Sequence record: LT603033.1
Strand: one strand, 5' to 3'
DNA: 64,000 nt
A program made the translations under genes and the position numbers. The notes below the pieces were generated by a model. It was given only the letters and a program-made list of their open reading frames with translations, ran no database searches and had not been told where the DNA came from. Within the stretch, counting starts at the first letter, position 1; each line of letters opens with the position of its first letter. Shown in pieces: positions 25,141 to 42,512 of the stretch.

Positions 25141-25773
25141 ATGTCAAAATATAAAAAACTAATGGAAGCAGCTTCTCGTGCAGAAGCTATGAAGTTTATT
25201 CAACTAAATGAATCTAATATTGAAAAAGCAGAAATTGTTCTTTCAGTAAAAGGTGAGATTGTGGATAAACTCCAACGTCAATCTGAGGTTATTAACAACA
25301 TGGGTGTTGACGTACTAGGCCCATTACTTGACCGTATTAAAGCCGAGCAAGGTCTAGATGCTGCACAAAATTTTAGTGATAATGTTCGCCATCTACTACA
25401 ACATGCAGTTACTACCTTAATGGATGTAAAAGACAAAATCAGTACTGAAACACTTAAACTAACTGGTGATATCACTGACGGTCCAGATGTTTCTGATATT
25501 GGAAGTGAAGATGTTGATATTGATATTGCAGCAGATACCCCAACTTTTGATATGGATGCAGACGCAGACTTTGAAGAAGACATTATCTCTGAGCCAGTAC
25601 CAACTGAACGTGAAATGAAAGAATCTGTTAAACCAAGTAAAGTTGGTGTAAAAATGGAAAGTATTCGCGGAACTGTGGGTACTAAATACTTTAGTTCAAA
25701 AGAAGAAATGAAAACATGGCTTTCTGAGAATGAAAAGAAAGTTAAACGTGTTCTAGGATACGTTAAAAAATAA
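25141..25773 (+). CDS. Probable prohead core/scaffold protein
   Basis: Coiled-coil N-half, acidic linker, LNES/MKES sites; GTAAATA at 25105. Confidence 0.55.
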   Translation: MSKYKKLMEAASRAEAMKFIQLNESNIEKAEIVLSVKGEIVDKLQRQSEVINNMGVDVLGPLLDRIKAEQGLDAAQNFSDNVRHLLQHAVTTLMDVKDKISTETLKLTGDITDGPDVSDIGSEDVDIDIAADTPTFDMDADADFEEDIISEPVPTEREMKESVKPSKVGVKMESIRGTVGTKYFSSKEEMKTWLSENEKKVKRVLGYVKK

Positions 25774-25789
25774 TTAAGGACAATTCTAC

Positions 25790-26125
25790 ATGAGATTTCG
25801 TGATCTTACTGAAGAGGCTCCTGGTAAAGATATACGCAATATGATTACTACTATTGCGTTGTCTTTAGTGTCCACGGGTCGAGAAGAAGTAAATGTTCAA
25901 TCTTTGATTTCTGAAATTAAAAAGAGAACCAACATCGATGTTCCATACAATGTAATGATGGACATTTTGAATTCCCTTCCTTTTGTACAGGATGCTAATT
26001 CTGATGTTGTAACTTTTGCAGGAAATTCAGCAGAAGGTTCAGAAGAAGTCGAGCAAGATTCTGAAGAGCAAGTTGAAGATTGGGCCACAAAAGCTGCTGT
26101 GACAGCAAATAAACAAAAAAACTGA
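25790..26125 (+). CDS. Probable internal head protein
   Basis: N-terminal MRFRDLTEE leader, acidic tail. Confidence 0.55.
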   Translation: MRFRDLTEEAPGKDIRNMITTIALSLVSTGREEVNVQSLISEIKKRTNIDVPYNVMMDILNSLPFVQDANSDVVTFAGNSAEGSEEVEQDSEEQVEDWATKAAVTANKQKN

Positions 26126-26151
26126 GACAAATTAAAATATAATGCTATAAT
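26124..26151 (+). promoter_or_regulatory. Putative middle promoter (GAGACA-N16-TATAAT)
   Basis: TGC extended -10; upstream of exonuclease. Confidence 0.65.
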
Positions 26152-26164
26152 TAGGAGTACACGG

Positions 26165-26884
26165 ATGTACACACCACCAATTGTTAGCAGATATACATAT
26201 GTTGGTTACAATAGAATTGAAGGCGGCCCAGAAGGTCGCCTTTATTCAACTCCAACAGGTAATCTGCCGTCAGTAACAACAATTCTAAGTGCGACCTCGA
26301 ATGACGAAGGTTTAAAGAAATGGAGAGAATTTGTTGGTGAAGAAAAGGCTAATGAGATTACATTAGAAGCATGTACAGTTGGTACTTTTATGCATGAGAA
26401 CTTGGAATTTAGATTGGAAGGAAAGCCAGACCATGAAGGCGGTATGCCAATTCGAGTTCTTGCACGTAGAATGGCTGACAAAATTCAGCAAGAAGCATGG
26501 CCTAGAATTAATGAAGTATGGGGACAGGAAGTCCCATTGTACTATGAAGGTTTATGGGCCGGAACAACTGATTTAGTAGGTGTTCATGATGGAATCCCAA
26601 CCATTATGGATTATAAAAATTCCCGTAAAGTTAAGAAGTGGGGACAAATCGAAAATTATCGTATGCAAATTGCAGCATATGCATTAGCCCATAATCAAAT
26701 GTTTGGTACTAATATAGAACGTGGTGTGATTTTCATCTGTGTAAGAAAAGATCCTAACAATCTACAATATCAAGAGTTTGTCATAGAAGGTCAAGACTTC
26801 AAAGATGCAGTCAATATGTGGATTGAACGTGTAGAACAATACTATATTTTACGTGGAGAAATTGAATCAAATGGAGCAGCATAA
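26165..26884 (+). CDS. PD-(D/E)XK exonuclease
   Basis: LPSVTTIL, GT.MH..LE, EVPLY, AGTTD, IMDYKNS and QIAAYA. Confidence 0.88.
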   Translation: MYTPPIVSRYTYVGYNRIEGGPEGRLYSTPTGNLPSVTTILSATSNDEGLKKWREFVGEEKANEITLEACTVGTFMHENLEFRLEGKPDHEGGMPIRVLARRMADKIQQEAWPRINEVWGQEVPLYYEGLWAGTTDLVGVHDGIPTIMDYKNSRKVKKWGQIENYRMQIAAYALAHNQMFGTNIERGVIFICVRKDPNNLQYQEFVIEGQDFKDAVNMWIERVEQYYILRGEIESNGAA

Positions 26885-27425
26885 AAAAATGAAACAAGAT
26901 CTATATACAATTCGTGCACTAGTAAGTAAAGGTTATGATTTAGAAGAAGTAATTAAACTTAGTGAAGAAGAGATTGATAAACTTGATTTATCAAATAAGC
27001 TAATTCTAAATATCAAAGATTATAAACAACGTGGTGCTAAACCTGTTGAAGAAATTAAAGAACAAATTGCACAAGATATTAGTGTTGATGAAGTATCACG
27101 CAATGTACCACCAGAAGTTATCCAAGAGTATGTTGTTGATAGTGAAGAACAAGTTAAAGTTTCTGAAGAAGTTGAAATTATTGCAGAAGAACTTGCTCCT
27201 GAATTGGAAGAAGATGAAGTCGTTATTGAGCGTGTTGTTTCATCTAAAGAAGATTTGGACATTATCAAAGAAGCATTACAGACTAAAGAATTTAAAAGTG
27301 TTTCCAACTATGTTAAACATTTAAAATCTTTAGTACCAGAACAAATTTTATCTTCTGTAGATAGCTCAGTTGTATCTCAACTAATTAATGAGCGTATTGC
27401 GGAAGTTAAAGAAAAAGCTAAATAA
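26871..27425 (+). CDS. Glu-rich hypothetical protein
   Basis: ORF overlapping the exonuclease stop. Confidence 0.7.
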   Translation: MEQHKKMKQDLYTIRALVSKGYDLEEVIKLSEEEIDKLDLSNKLILNIKDYKQRGAKPVEEIKEQIAQDISVDEVSRNVPPEVIQEYVVDSEEQVKVSEEVEIIAEELAPELEEDEVVIERVVSSKEDLDIIKEALQTKEFKSVSNYVKHLKSLVPEQILSSVDSSVVSQLINERIAEVKEKAK

Positions 27426-27453
27426 TCCTATAATACTATAGGAGATAGTTTTT

Positions 27454-28035
27454 ATGGCACAACAACAAATTGCTTTACAACAAGTAAGAACTGGTAAACA
27501 GAGAGACTTACCTGATGCATTAGAAAAAGGTCAGATAGGATTCAGTACTGATGTGGGTCGTGTTTTTATTGGCCTTCCATCATCATCTGACCCCGCCAGC
27601 TTAGTTGCAGGTAGAACTTGGACTACTGATCCAAATTCAGGTAAAGAAAACGTAGAAATAATTACAGAATTTTCACCGTGGAGAACGGTATCAAAAATAA
27701 TTAACAGACCGTTTAAAGTTGATCTTCCACAAAATCAAGAAAGTATAGAAGTTATTCTTGAAAGTGAAAGTAGAGTATTCATCGATTATATTGCATATGA
27801 TGATACCGAAACGGTTTTGGAATCAGGAACTATTCAAATTGTAGCTGCTGGTACAAACACGATGATTGCACAGTCAAATAATACAAATAGAACTGACGCA
27901 ATTATTTCTATCTCATTTGAAGATCCTGCATATGATTCTACAACTGGAAATATGCAATTTAACATAGTTAACTCGGATTATTTAAATTCAGGATATCATA
28001 TAGAATTTGTATATCGTGGGTGGGACAAACCTTAA
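27454..28035 (+). CDS. Probable virion (tail/baseplate-associated) protein
   Basis: QVRTG...LP..L..GQIGFSTDVGRVFIG N-terminal motif seen in tail fibre-associated proteins. Confidence 0.55.
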   Translation: MAQQQIALQQVRTGKQRDLPDALEKGQIGFSTDVGRVFIGLPSSSDPASLVAGRTWTTDPNSGKENVEIITEFSPWRTVSKIINRPFKVDLPQNQESIEVILESESRVFIDYIAYDDTETVLESGTIQIVAAGTNTMIAQSNNTNRTDAIISISFEDPAYDSTTGNMQFNIVNSDYLNSGYHIEFVYRGWDKP

Positions 28036-28055
28036 AAGGCGTCCCGCCTTTTTCT
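28034..28055 (+). terminator. Intrinsic terminator
   Basis: AAAAGGCG/CGCCTTTT. Confidence 0.7.
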
Positions 28056-28098
28056 TCCACTAAAAAAAGAAATTTACATCAAAAAACAAGGATGACAC

Positions 28099-30417
28099 AT
28101 GATTAACGTAACCAAGCGTAATGGAATGAAAGAGCCGTTATCATTGGATAAGATCCATCAAATTTTATTTTTCGCTGCTGAAGGTTTAAGTGGTATTTCA
28201 GTTTCTGAAATTGAAATCCGAGCACAGCTTCAGTTTTATGAAGGTATTGAAACTAGTACTATTCATGATATTCTTATTAAAGCAGCAGCAGAACTTATTT
28301 CAGAAGATACACCTAATTACCAATATGTTGCTGGAAGACTATTAAACTATAGTATTCGTAAGCAAGTATATGGGCAGTATGACCCAATTAAATATACTGC
28401 TCATCTTCAAGAAATGGTTGATACCAAAATATATGATCCTGAAATTCTTGAGAAATATACTCTTCAAGAAATAGAAGAGCTTGGACGTTATATCAAACAT
28501 AAACGTGACGATAAATTTACTTATGTTGCAATGCGTCAATGGGAAGGAAAATACCTTTACAAAAATCGCGTTACTAAGAAAATTTATGAAACTCCACAAA
28601 TGGCATATATGACTATTGCAGCAATCATCTTTATGGAGTATGATCGTTCTGTTCGTATGTCATATGTTAAAAAGTTTTATGATGCAGTAAGTAACTTTGA
28701 CATTAGTCTTCCTACGCCTATTATGGCTGGTCTACGTACAAATACACGTCAGTTTAGCTCTTGTGTAGTACTAAACGTTGGTGACAGCTTGGATAGTATT
28801 GGTTCCTCTAACCACGCTATTCTACGTTATATTTCACGTAAAGCTGGTCTTGGTATTAATATGGGCCGCATTCGTGCTCTGGACTCCGAGATTCGTTCAG
28901 GTGATGCAGTACACACTGGGCTGATTCCGTTCATTGCAGCTACTGCTAAGACTGTTAAAAGCTGTTCACAAGGTGGTGTTCGTGGTGGTGCAGCAACTGT
29001 TCACTTCCCATTGTGGCATTTGGAATTTGATAACTTGGTAGTCCTTAAAAATAACAAAGGTACTGAGTTTAACCGTGTGCGTCAACTGGACTATTGTTTC
29101 CAAGTAAACAAAACTTTGTATCAACGTTTGGTTGATGGAAAGAATATTACATTCTTTAGTCCTAATGAAGTCCCTGGGCTATATGAAGCATTCTGCTCTG
29201 ATCAAAAAGAATTTGAAAAGTTATATAAAAAATACGAAGCTGACCAAAGCATCCGTAAAAAATCCGTACCTGCTGTTGAAGTATTCAGTACTTTAATGAC
29301 TGAGCGTGCTGAAACTGGGCGTATCTATATTCAAAATATTGACCATGCAAACACTCATTCAACATTTATTGAATCTATTGCACCTATTGAACAATCCAAC
29401 TTGTGTCAAGAAATCGCACTACCATCTGTGCCATTTGATGACATTAATACTGGGGAAGGTTTGATTAGTTTATGTACATTGAGTGCAATCAACTGGGGTA
29501 ACTTTGACCGTCCAGAAGATATGGAAACGGCATGTGATCTTTCTGTTCGTGCTCTTGATTCTCTATTAGACTATCAAGACTACCCAGTAGTTCATGCTGA
29601 CCGTGCTACAAAAATGTATCGTCCACTAGGTGTTGGTATTATTAACTTTGCATACTTCCTTGCTAAACGTGGTTTACGTTATAATGAAGCAGCACTAGAA
29701 ACAGTTAACGAGTGGGCCGAGGCATGGTCTTACTATCTAATTAAATCTTCTGTACAGCTTGCTAAAGAGAAAGGTAAGTGTGAAGGATTTGATAATCTAA
29801 AATATGCCAAAGGTATCCTTCCAATCGATACTTATAAATCGGACATTGATGAATTAGTAACTAAAGAACTAAAACAAGATTGGGAATCCTTACGTGCCGA
29901 TATCAAAGAATATGGTATTCGTAACGCAACAACAATGGCATTAATGCCAGCAGAAACAAGTGCACAAATCAGTAACAGTACTAACGGTATTGAAAAGCCA
30001 CGTTCTCTTGTAACGAAGAAACTATCTAAGGATGGTATTCTTAAACAAGTAGTTCCAGAAATCAATAAGTTGAAAAACAAATATGATTTACTATGGGATC
30101 AGAAAGATAACATTGGTTATCTACAAATCTGTGGTGTTCTACAAAAATACATTGACCAAAGTATCAGTGTTAATACTAGTTATAACCCAATACACTTCCC
30201 TGATGGTAAGTTGCCAATGTCAACTCTTCTAACTGAACTTATGTATGCATATAAAGTTGGTTTGAAAAATCTTTATTATCATAATACAAATGATGGTTCA
30301 GATGAAGTAGACGTTGAAAAAGTACTGAAAGAAGCTGCCAAACCAGAATCTGGACAATTTGTATTACCATCACTTCCTGATTTGGATGAAGGTGATTGTG
30401 ATAGTTGTAAAATCTAA
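28099..30417 (+). CDS. nrdA: Ribonucleotide reductase class Ia alpha subunit
   Basis: ATP cone (VTKRNG), TPIMAG, FSSC, QGGVRGG, SNLCQEI, PAETSA and C-terminal CDSC. Confidence 0.97.
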   Translation: MINVTKRNGMKEPLSLDKIHQILFFAAEGLSGISVSEIEIRAQLQFYEGIETSTIHDILIKAAAELISEDTPNYQYVAGRLLNYSIRKQVYGQYDPIKYTAHLQEMVDTKIYDPEILEKYTLQEIEELGRYIKHKRDDKFTYVAMRQWEGKYLYKNRVTKKIYETPQMAYMTIAAIIFMEYDRSVRMSYVKKFYDAVSNFDISLPTPIMAGLRTNTRQFSSCVVLNVGDSLDSIGSSNHAILRYISRKAGLGINMGRIRALDSEIRSGDAVHTGLIPFIAATAKTVKSCSQGGVRGGAATVHFPLWHLEFDNLVVLKNNKGTEFNRVRQLDYCFQVNKTLYQRLVDGKNITFFSPNEVPGLYEAFCSDQKEFEKLYKKYEADQSIRKKSVPAVEVFSTLMTERAETGRIYIQNIDHANTHSTFIESIAPIEQSNLCQEIALPSVPFDDINTGEGLISLCTLSAINWGNFDRPEDMETACDLSVRALDSLLDYQDYPVVHADRATKMYRPLGVGIINFAYFLAKRGLRYNEAALETVNEWAEAWSYYLIKSSVQLAKEKGKCEGFDNLKYAKGILPIDTYKSDIDELVTKELKQDWESLRADIKEYGIRNATTMALMPAETSAQISNSTNGIEKPRSLVTKKLSKDGILKQVVPEINKLKNKYDLLWDQKDNIGYLQICGVLQKYIDQSISVNTSYNPIHFPDGKLPMSTLLTELMYAYKVGLKNLYYHNTNDGSDEVDVEKVLKEAAKPESGQFVLPSLPDLDEGDCDSCKI

Positions 30418-30423
30418 TTTAAG

Positions 30424-30450
30424 ATCCCGCTTCGGCGGGATTATTATTTC
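30424..30450 (+). terminator. Hairpin with C(UUCG)G tetraloop
   Basis: ATCCCGC-TTCG-GCGGGAT followed by a T-rich tract. Confidence 0.7.
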
Positions 30451-30471
30451 AAAATATATAAAGGAATATAT

Positions 30472-31596
30472 ATGTCAGTTTTCAAAATTAACGAGAAGTC
30501 TCACCTAGAAAAAAATATGTTTTTTGATGAAAGTGTTGATATCCAACGCTTTGAAAGTAACAAATACTCTACACTTGAAAAACTAACAGAGCAACAGAAA
30601 AGTTTCTTCTGGACTCCTGGTGAAGTTGACGTATCTAAAGATAAAATTGATTTTGCCAACCTTAATGATTCCGAGAAGCACATTTTTACCTCTAACTTGA
30701 AACGTCAAATTCTTCTTGATTCCGTACAAGGTCGTGGTCCAAACCTAATGTTACTTCCATATGCATCTCTACCTGAACTAGAGAACTTTATAGAGACATG
30801 GGCATTCTTTGAAGGTGCGATTCATAGCAAATCATACACTCACATTATTCGTAACATTTATCCTAATCCATCTGAAGTATTTGATACTATGTTGGACATT
30901 CCAGAAATCACAGATTGTGCGGCTGATGTTTCCAAATACTACGATGAACTTGATGTATTAGGAACTTTATACCGTGCATTGGGCGTTGGGACACATACAA
31001 TCAATGGTGAAACAGTTGAAATTAGTTTGTACGAACTAAAGAAAAAACTTTGGTTGTGTCTGAATAGTATTAACATTCTTGAAGGTGTTCGTTTTTATGC
31101 AAGCTTTGCGTGTTCTTGGGCGTTTGCTGAAAACAATCTAATGGAAGGTAATGCTAAGATTATCCGTCTAATCTGTCGTGATGAAAACCTACACCTAGCA
31201 GCAACCCAAATGATTCTACGTCTTCTGAAAAAAGAAGATCCAGATATGGTAAAAATAGCAGAAGAGTGTTATGATGAAGTACTGGAAATGTTTATGTCTG
31301 CTATCCGTCAAGAAGAAGCTTGGGCAGACTTCCTCTTTAAAGATGGTTCAATCATTGGGCTGAATGCAGAAATCCTAAAACAATATGTTCGTTGGATTGG
31401 TTCTAAGCGTATGACTGCACTAGGAATTAAATGTCCATATACCGTATCTAAGAGTAACCCACTACCTTGGACTGAGCATTGGGTTAGTGGTGGTTCAGTA
31501 CAAGTTGCACCACAAGAAACTGAAATAAGTTCTTATATCATTGGTGGTATTGTGAATGATATCCAAGTAGATACATTCACACCATTCAAACTATAA
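30472..31596 (+). CDS. nrdB: Ribonucleotide reductase class Ia beta subunit
   Basis: FWTPGEV, LDSVQGR, IHSKSYTHI (radical Tyr), EGVRFY and RDENLH. Confidence 0.97.
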   Translation: MSVFKINEKSHLEKNMFFDESVDIQRFESNKYSTLEKLTEQQKSFFWTPGEVDVSKDKIDFANLNDSEKHIFTSNLKRQILLDSVQGRGPNLMLLPYASLPELENFIETWAFFEGAIHSKSYTHIIRNIYPNPSEVFDTMLDIPEITDCAADVSKYYDELDVLGTLYRALGVGTHTINGETVEISLYELKKKLWLCLNSINILEGVRFYASFACSWAFAENNLMEGNAKIIRLICRDENLHLAATQMILRLLKKEDPDMVKIAEECYDEVLEMFMSAIRQEEAWADFLFKDGSIIGLNAEILKQYVRWIGSKRMTALGIKCPYTVSKSNPLPWTEHWVSGGSVQVAPQETEISSYIIGGIVNDIQVDTFTPFKL

Positions 31597-31646
31597 ATTC
31601 AAACTAACAGGGATTCTATGAATCCCTTTTCTTATGGGTATAATAT

Positions 31647-33247
<1,601 letters not shown>

Positions 33248-33250
33248 TAA

Positions 33251-33279
33251 AAAAGGAGCAACAAAATGTTGCTCCTTTT
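33251..33279. terminator. Bidirectional terminator
   Basis: AAAAGGAGCAACA/TGTTGCTCCTTTT between convergent genes. Confidence 0.8.
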
Positions 33280-33282
33280 ATT

Positions 33283-34685
<1,403 letters not shown>

Positions 34686-34720
34686 TGTTAATCTCCAATC
34701 TTATTGTTATTTTTATAAAG

Positions 34721-34727
34721 TATTTAC
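34721..34727 (-). promoter_or_regulatory. Late-type promoter (GTAAATA) for the holin-like pair
   Basis: About 40 nt upstream of ATG 34680 in the intergenic gap. Confidence 0.45.
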
Positions 34728-34770
34728 CCAATTTTACGTTTTACATAGTTTATATGGAGAAAGAAGTAAT

Positions 34771-36073
<1,303 letters not shown>

Positions 36074-36100
36074 CTTGAAATGTAAAAATCAGTCGAGGGA

Positions 36101-37444
36101 ATGATGAGTAAAATTAAGCTTACGGATAAGCAACAAGAAATCTTTGATGATTTTATAGATCGTGTTTACAACTATGCAGGTAAGACCATTTCGGTTTTGT
36201 CTGCCCCAGCAGGAACTGGAAAAACATTCACTACTGCTGAGATTGTAAAAGCACTATGTAAAAACTATAATATTGCAGTAACTTCACCTACACATAAAGC
36301 CAATGCTGTTATTCGTAATATGCTAATCAATAATGCTGGTCTTACTAAGGAAGATGCACAAGTTAGTACAATACACTCTTTTTTAGGACTAAAATTAGTA
36401 TATGAAAAGAATCGTCAAGTACTGAAACATGATCCCCAAAGTAAAGTTAGTAATACTAACGTTGACATTCTTATTGTTGATGAGTGTAGTATGATTTCAG
36501 AAGAATTATTCCAACATATTCAGGATCAATTGTGGCGTGTCCGTCGAGCAGTTTTATTCATTGGTGATCGTTGTCAATTGCCCCCAGTTGAGTCCGAAGG
36601 TACAATGGGAGAGACTAAATTGTCTCCTACGTTTGATGTACCTGTTCAATATGAGTTAACTGAGGTTTTACGTCAAGCATTGGATAATCCGATTTTGGCA
36701 GTTGCAACTGCTATTCGAGAGTGTATTGGAACTAGTAAAAATCCATTTGATATTATGCATCAGACATATGGTTTAAGCACTATTACACCTATTGATGATG
36801 AAGATTTATTTTTAGATGTTTATCGTGAATTTATTATGGAAAACAAGGGTTCATCTAAAAAAATATTTGATTTCGTAAATGAAAATAAAATCTTAGCATA
36901 TACTAACTATCGAGTTAATTTGGCTAATATTTACATTAGAAGTCAACTATTTGAAGTACCAGATGAATTTACTAAAGGTGAACCAATTGTTTTTGAAAGC
37001 ATAACTGAGAATAGTCCATATGTAGTACAACAAATTATACAATGTCCTGAAGTGAAACGTGAAAGTTTCATGGGAATAGATTGTTGGCAATTCCGTTTAC
37101 CTAATGGTAGTTATATTTTAGGCGTAGGACCAGAAACAAGAATTGCAATGGACGAAAAACTAGATAAACTTGTTAAGGATATTGAGAAAAAAGAAATAAA
37201 TCCATTGACAAAGAAACCATATATGTGGCAGGATTACTATGTAATAAAGAATAAATTGCATATTATCAATTATCCTTACGCAACAACTGTTCATAAATCG
37301 CAAGGAAGTACTTTTGATAACATTTGGTTTGATACTGATTTTATTGAACGTATTGGTACAAATGATACTAAGTGTAGAATTTTATACACTGCCATGACAC
37401 GTCCACGTTATAGTGTTATGTTGAGACAAAATGCACGATTCTAA
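36101..37444 (+). CDS. dda: SF1B helicase (Dda/RecD-like)
   Basis: APAGTGKT, TSPTHKA, IVDECSM, GDRCQLPPV, TVHKSQGST and YTAMTR. Confidence 0.88.
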   Translation: MMSKIKLTDKQQEIFDDFIDRVYNYAGKTISVLSAPAGTGKTFTTAEIVKALCKNYNIAVTSPTHKANAVIRNMLINNAGLTKEDAQVSTIHSFLGLKLVYEKNRQVLKHDPQSKVSNTNVDILIVDECSMISEELFQHIQDQLWRVRRAVLFIGDRCQLPPVESEGTMGETKLSPTFDVPVQYELTEVLRQALDNPILAVATAIRECIGTSKNPFDIMHQTYGLSTITPIDDEDLFLDVYREFIMENKGSSKKIFDFVNENKILAYTNYRVNLANIYIRSQLFEVPDEFTKGEPIVFESITENSPYVVQQIIQCPEVKRESFMGIDCWQFRLPNGSYILGVGPETRIAMDEKLDKLVKDIEKKEINPLTKKPYMWQDYYVIKNKLHIINYPYATTVHKSQGSTFDNIWFDTDFIERIGTNDTKCRILYTAMTRPRYSVMLRQNARF

Positions 37445-37527
37445 AAGACTAAATGTTATACGTAAATATTTTTGATTTTTAATAATAAATAATCAAAAGT
37501 GTTTTGTATTATGGAGAAGAATATACA

Positions 37528-38094
37528 ATGAACAATTTACTACAAGTATTTAAAATTGAAGTTGCAGGGACGAACCTAGATAATATCCCATATTATATGT
37601 ATGGTGATTATGATTCATCTTCCCCAACAACCGCACCGACTGACCAGCAAACTATTGATAAGTCAATTGCACTTTTGCGTTACCTACAACTTTCTCGTTT
37701 GCTTTCAACTTATTCAGTACCAGTTTATAGCAATGTTGAATTTGCTACACCAGGAACTGCAAAAACGATTCCAACTGGTGCAACAATCACCGTTGGATAT
37801 ATTAGTTATCAACCTTTTCTTAGTACTTTGAGTGTTGCAGAACAAGCAGCACTAACTACTGAAGATATGAAAACAGCAAAAGCTGCTGAGATTATCCAAA
37901 CACTAATCAATGATTCATTGAAAGGTAATGGCACTAATGCACTAGAAAATGAAGAAATTACTGTACAAAAAACCATACAACGTATCAAGAATGCTCTTAC
38001 TACGAGTACTGTTGATTTTATTGAGTATGAGAACGTGTATCTTAATGTTCCTTCTGTTTCTGATGCATCTGTAGTATCTTACGTTAAATTATAA
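37528..38094 (+). CDS. Probable virion protein
   Basis: GTAAATA/ATAAATA at 37462/37485; Thr/Ala-rich. Confidence 0.5.
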   Translation: MNNLLQVFKIEVAGTNLDNIPYYMYGDYDSSSPTTAPTDQQTIDKSIALLRYLQLSRLLSTYSVPVYSNVEFATPGTAKTIPTGATITVGYISYQPFLSTLSVAEQAALTTEDMKTAKAAEIIQTLINDSLKGNGTNALENEEITVQKTIQRIKNALTTSTVDFIEYENVYLNVPSVSDASVVSYVKL

Positions 38095-38117
38095 TTTTAT
38101 AACATGGAGTTCTTGAC

Positions 38118-38312
38118 ATGACTGACAAAACATTTTATGATCGTATTATTGAAGACAAGGGAGTTTTTGATAAGGTAGTTTATGACCTAGAACTTATGAT
38201 CAAAGACGCACCGAACCCCCGTGTGCGAACCCAAGCAGAATTTGCAAAAACTTATCTTGTTCAAGTTCAAGCAATCTGTGAAGCAATTAAAAAACACAAT
38301 GATAGTGCTTGA
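38118..38312 (+). CDS. Small hypothetical protein
   Basis: GGAG SD; 64 aa helical. Confidence 0.65.
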   Translation: MTDKTFYDRIIEDKGVFDKVVYDLELMIKDAPNPRVRTQAEFAKTYLVQVQAICEAIKKHNDSA

Positions 38313-38337
38313 CAGAACTAATGTTCTATCCTATAAT
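38309..38337 (+). promoter_or_regulatory. Sigma70-type (early) promoter
   Basis: TTGACA-17-TATAAT, perfect consensus, upstream of infC. Confidence 0.8.
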
Positions 38338-38381
38338 TACTATCGAACAAAACATTAAAATCATATTGGAGCTTTTATTAC

Positions 38382-39444
<1,063 letters not shown>

Positions 39445-39455
39445 AATATAGACTT

Positions 39456-41621
<2,166 letters not shown>

Positions 41622-41622
<1 letters not shown>

Positions 41623-42413
41623 TGCCAAGTAAGAGTAAAAGTCAGGCTAAATTCTTCGCCGCCGCCGCACACAATCCAGAATTTGCAAAGAAAGCTGGAA
41701 TTTCGCAAAGTGCTGCTAAAGAATGGAATGCCGCTGATGAAAAGGAAGGAAATCTTAAAAAAAGTTCTAAACTTCCTAATAAAGTAAAAGAAGCAAGTAT
41801 GCGTAGTTTAGTCGATATTGTACAAGATGCAGAATTAGCTGATACAGACGACAGAACTTGTGATATAATGGATTCATGTGAAGACGACAAAGATAAGTTG
41901 GATGAAATGCCACAACGTTTCGATAGTTTTCAAGGTCAAGACCGAGACGAGTTTGTCGATAAAACTGCCGAAATGACAGGTAAGCACAACATGGTTAAGT
42001 TCGCAGAACATAAAGACTATGATGTATATATGAACAAAAACGGTACTGGATTTATCGCTTACGATAAGTCTGGTAAACAGCTTGCTATAGTTAGTGGGCA
42101 TTTATCCAATGATGCAGTACTTGGTGTTCAAAACGTTTTTGAAATTGCCGCAACTGCATCTAAAACTGGAACTAAAGGTATAATTTATAATATTTTTATG
42201 GATATGATATCACATGGTATTAAAGTTCTGAGTGATAGTCTGCATACTGATGATGCAATTAAATTCTGGACCCGTTTAATTGGTTCCCATCAAGTTTATA
42301 TTGTTGGTGGTGGTGAAGTACTTGCAAAGGCGAGTCCAGATAAGGTTCATAAGTACTGGAGTGATGATGAATCAAGTCCAAGTGCCGAACTTCAACTTAT
42401 GTTAGTAAAATAA
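41622..42413 (+). CDS. Probable internal virion protein, C-terminal GNAT-like domain
   Basis: N-terminal MPSKSKSQAKFFAAAAHNPEFAKKAGI module; C-terminal LSDSLHTDDAIKFWTRL. Confidence 0.45.
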
Positions 42414-42417
42414 TAAT

Positions 42418-42450
42418 ATATCGGGACAAATTGTTCCGATATTTTTTTTT
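42418..42450 (+). terminator. Intrinsic terminator
   Basis: ATATCGGGACAA/TTGTTCCGATAT plus T8. Confidence 0.75.
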
Positions 42451-42478
42451 GAGACAAACAAAACATTGGTGATACAAT
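42451..42478 (+). promoter_or_regulatory. Putative middle promoter (GAGACA-N16-TACAAT)
   Basis: TGA extended -10; upstream of topoisomerase. Confidence 0.6.
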
Positions 42479-42512
42479 GTTTTATGACAAAGAGACATGA
42501 TAAGGAATTCAA

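Noticed and set aside
26165-26884. Cas4-like nuclease
   Set aside because: PD-(D/E)XK core is present but the four-Cys Fe-S pattern of Cas4 is absent, and no CRISPR array or cas genes are nearby
28099-31596. Introns/inteins in nrdA/nrdB (also terL, helicase, recA)
   Set aside because: Lengths and motif spacing are normal; no Hint or LAGLIDADG/HNH inserts
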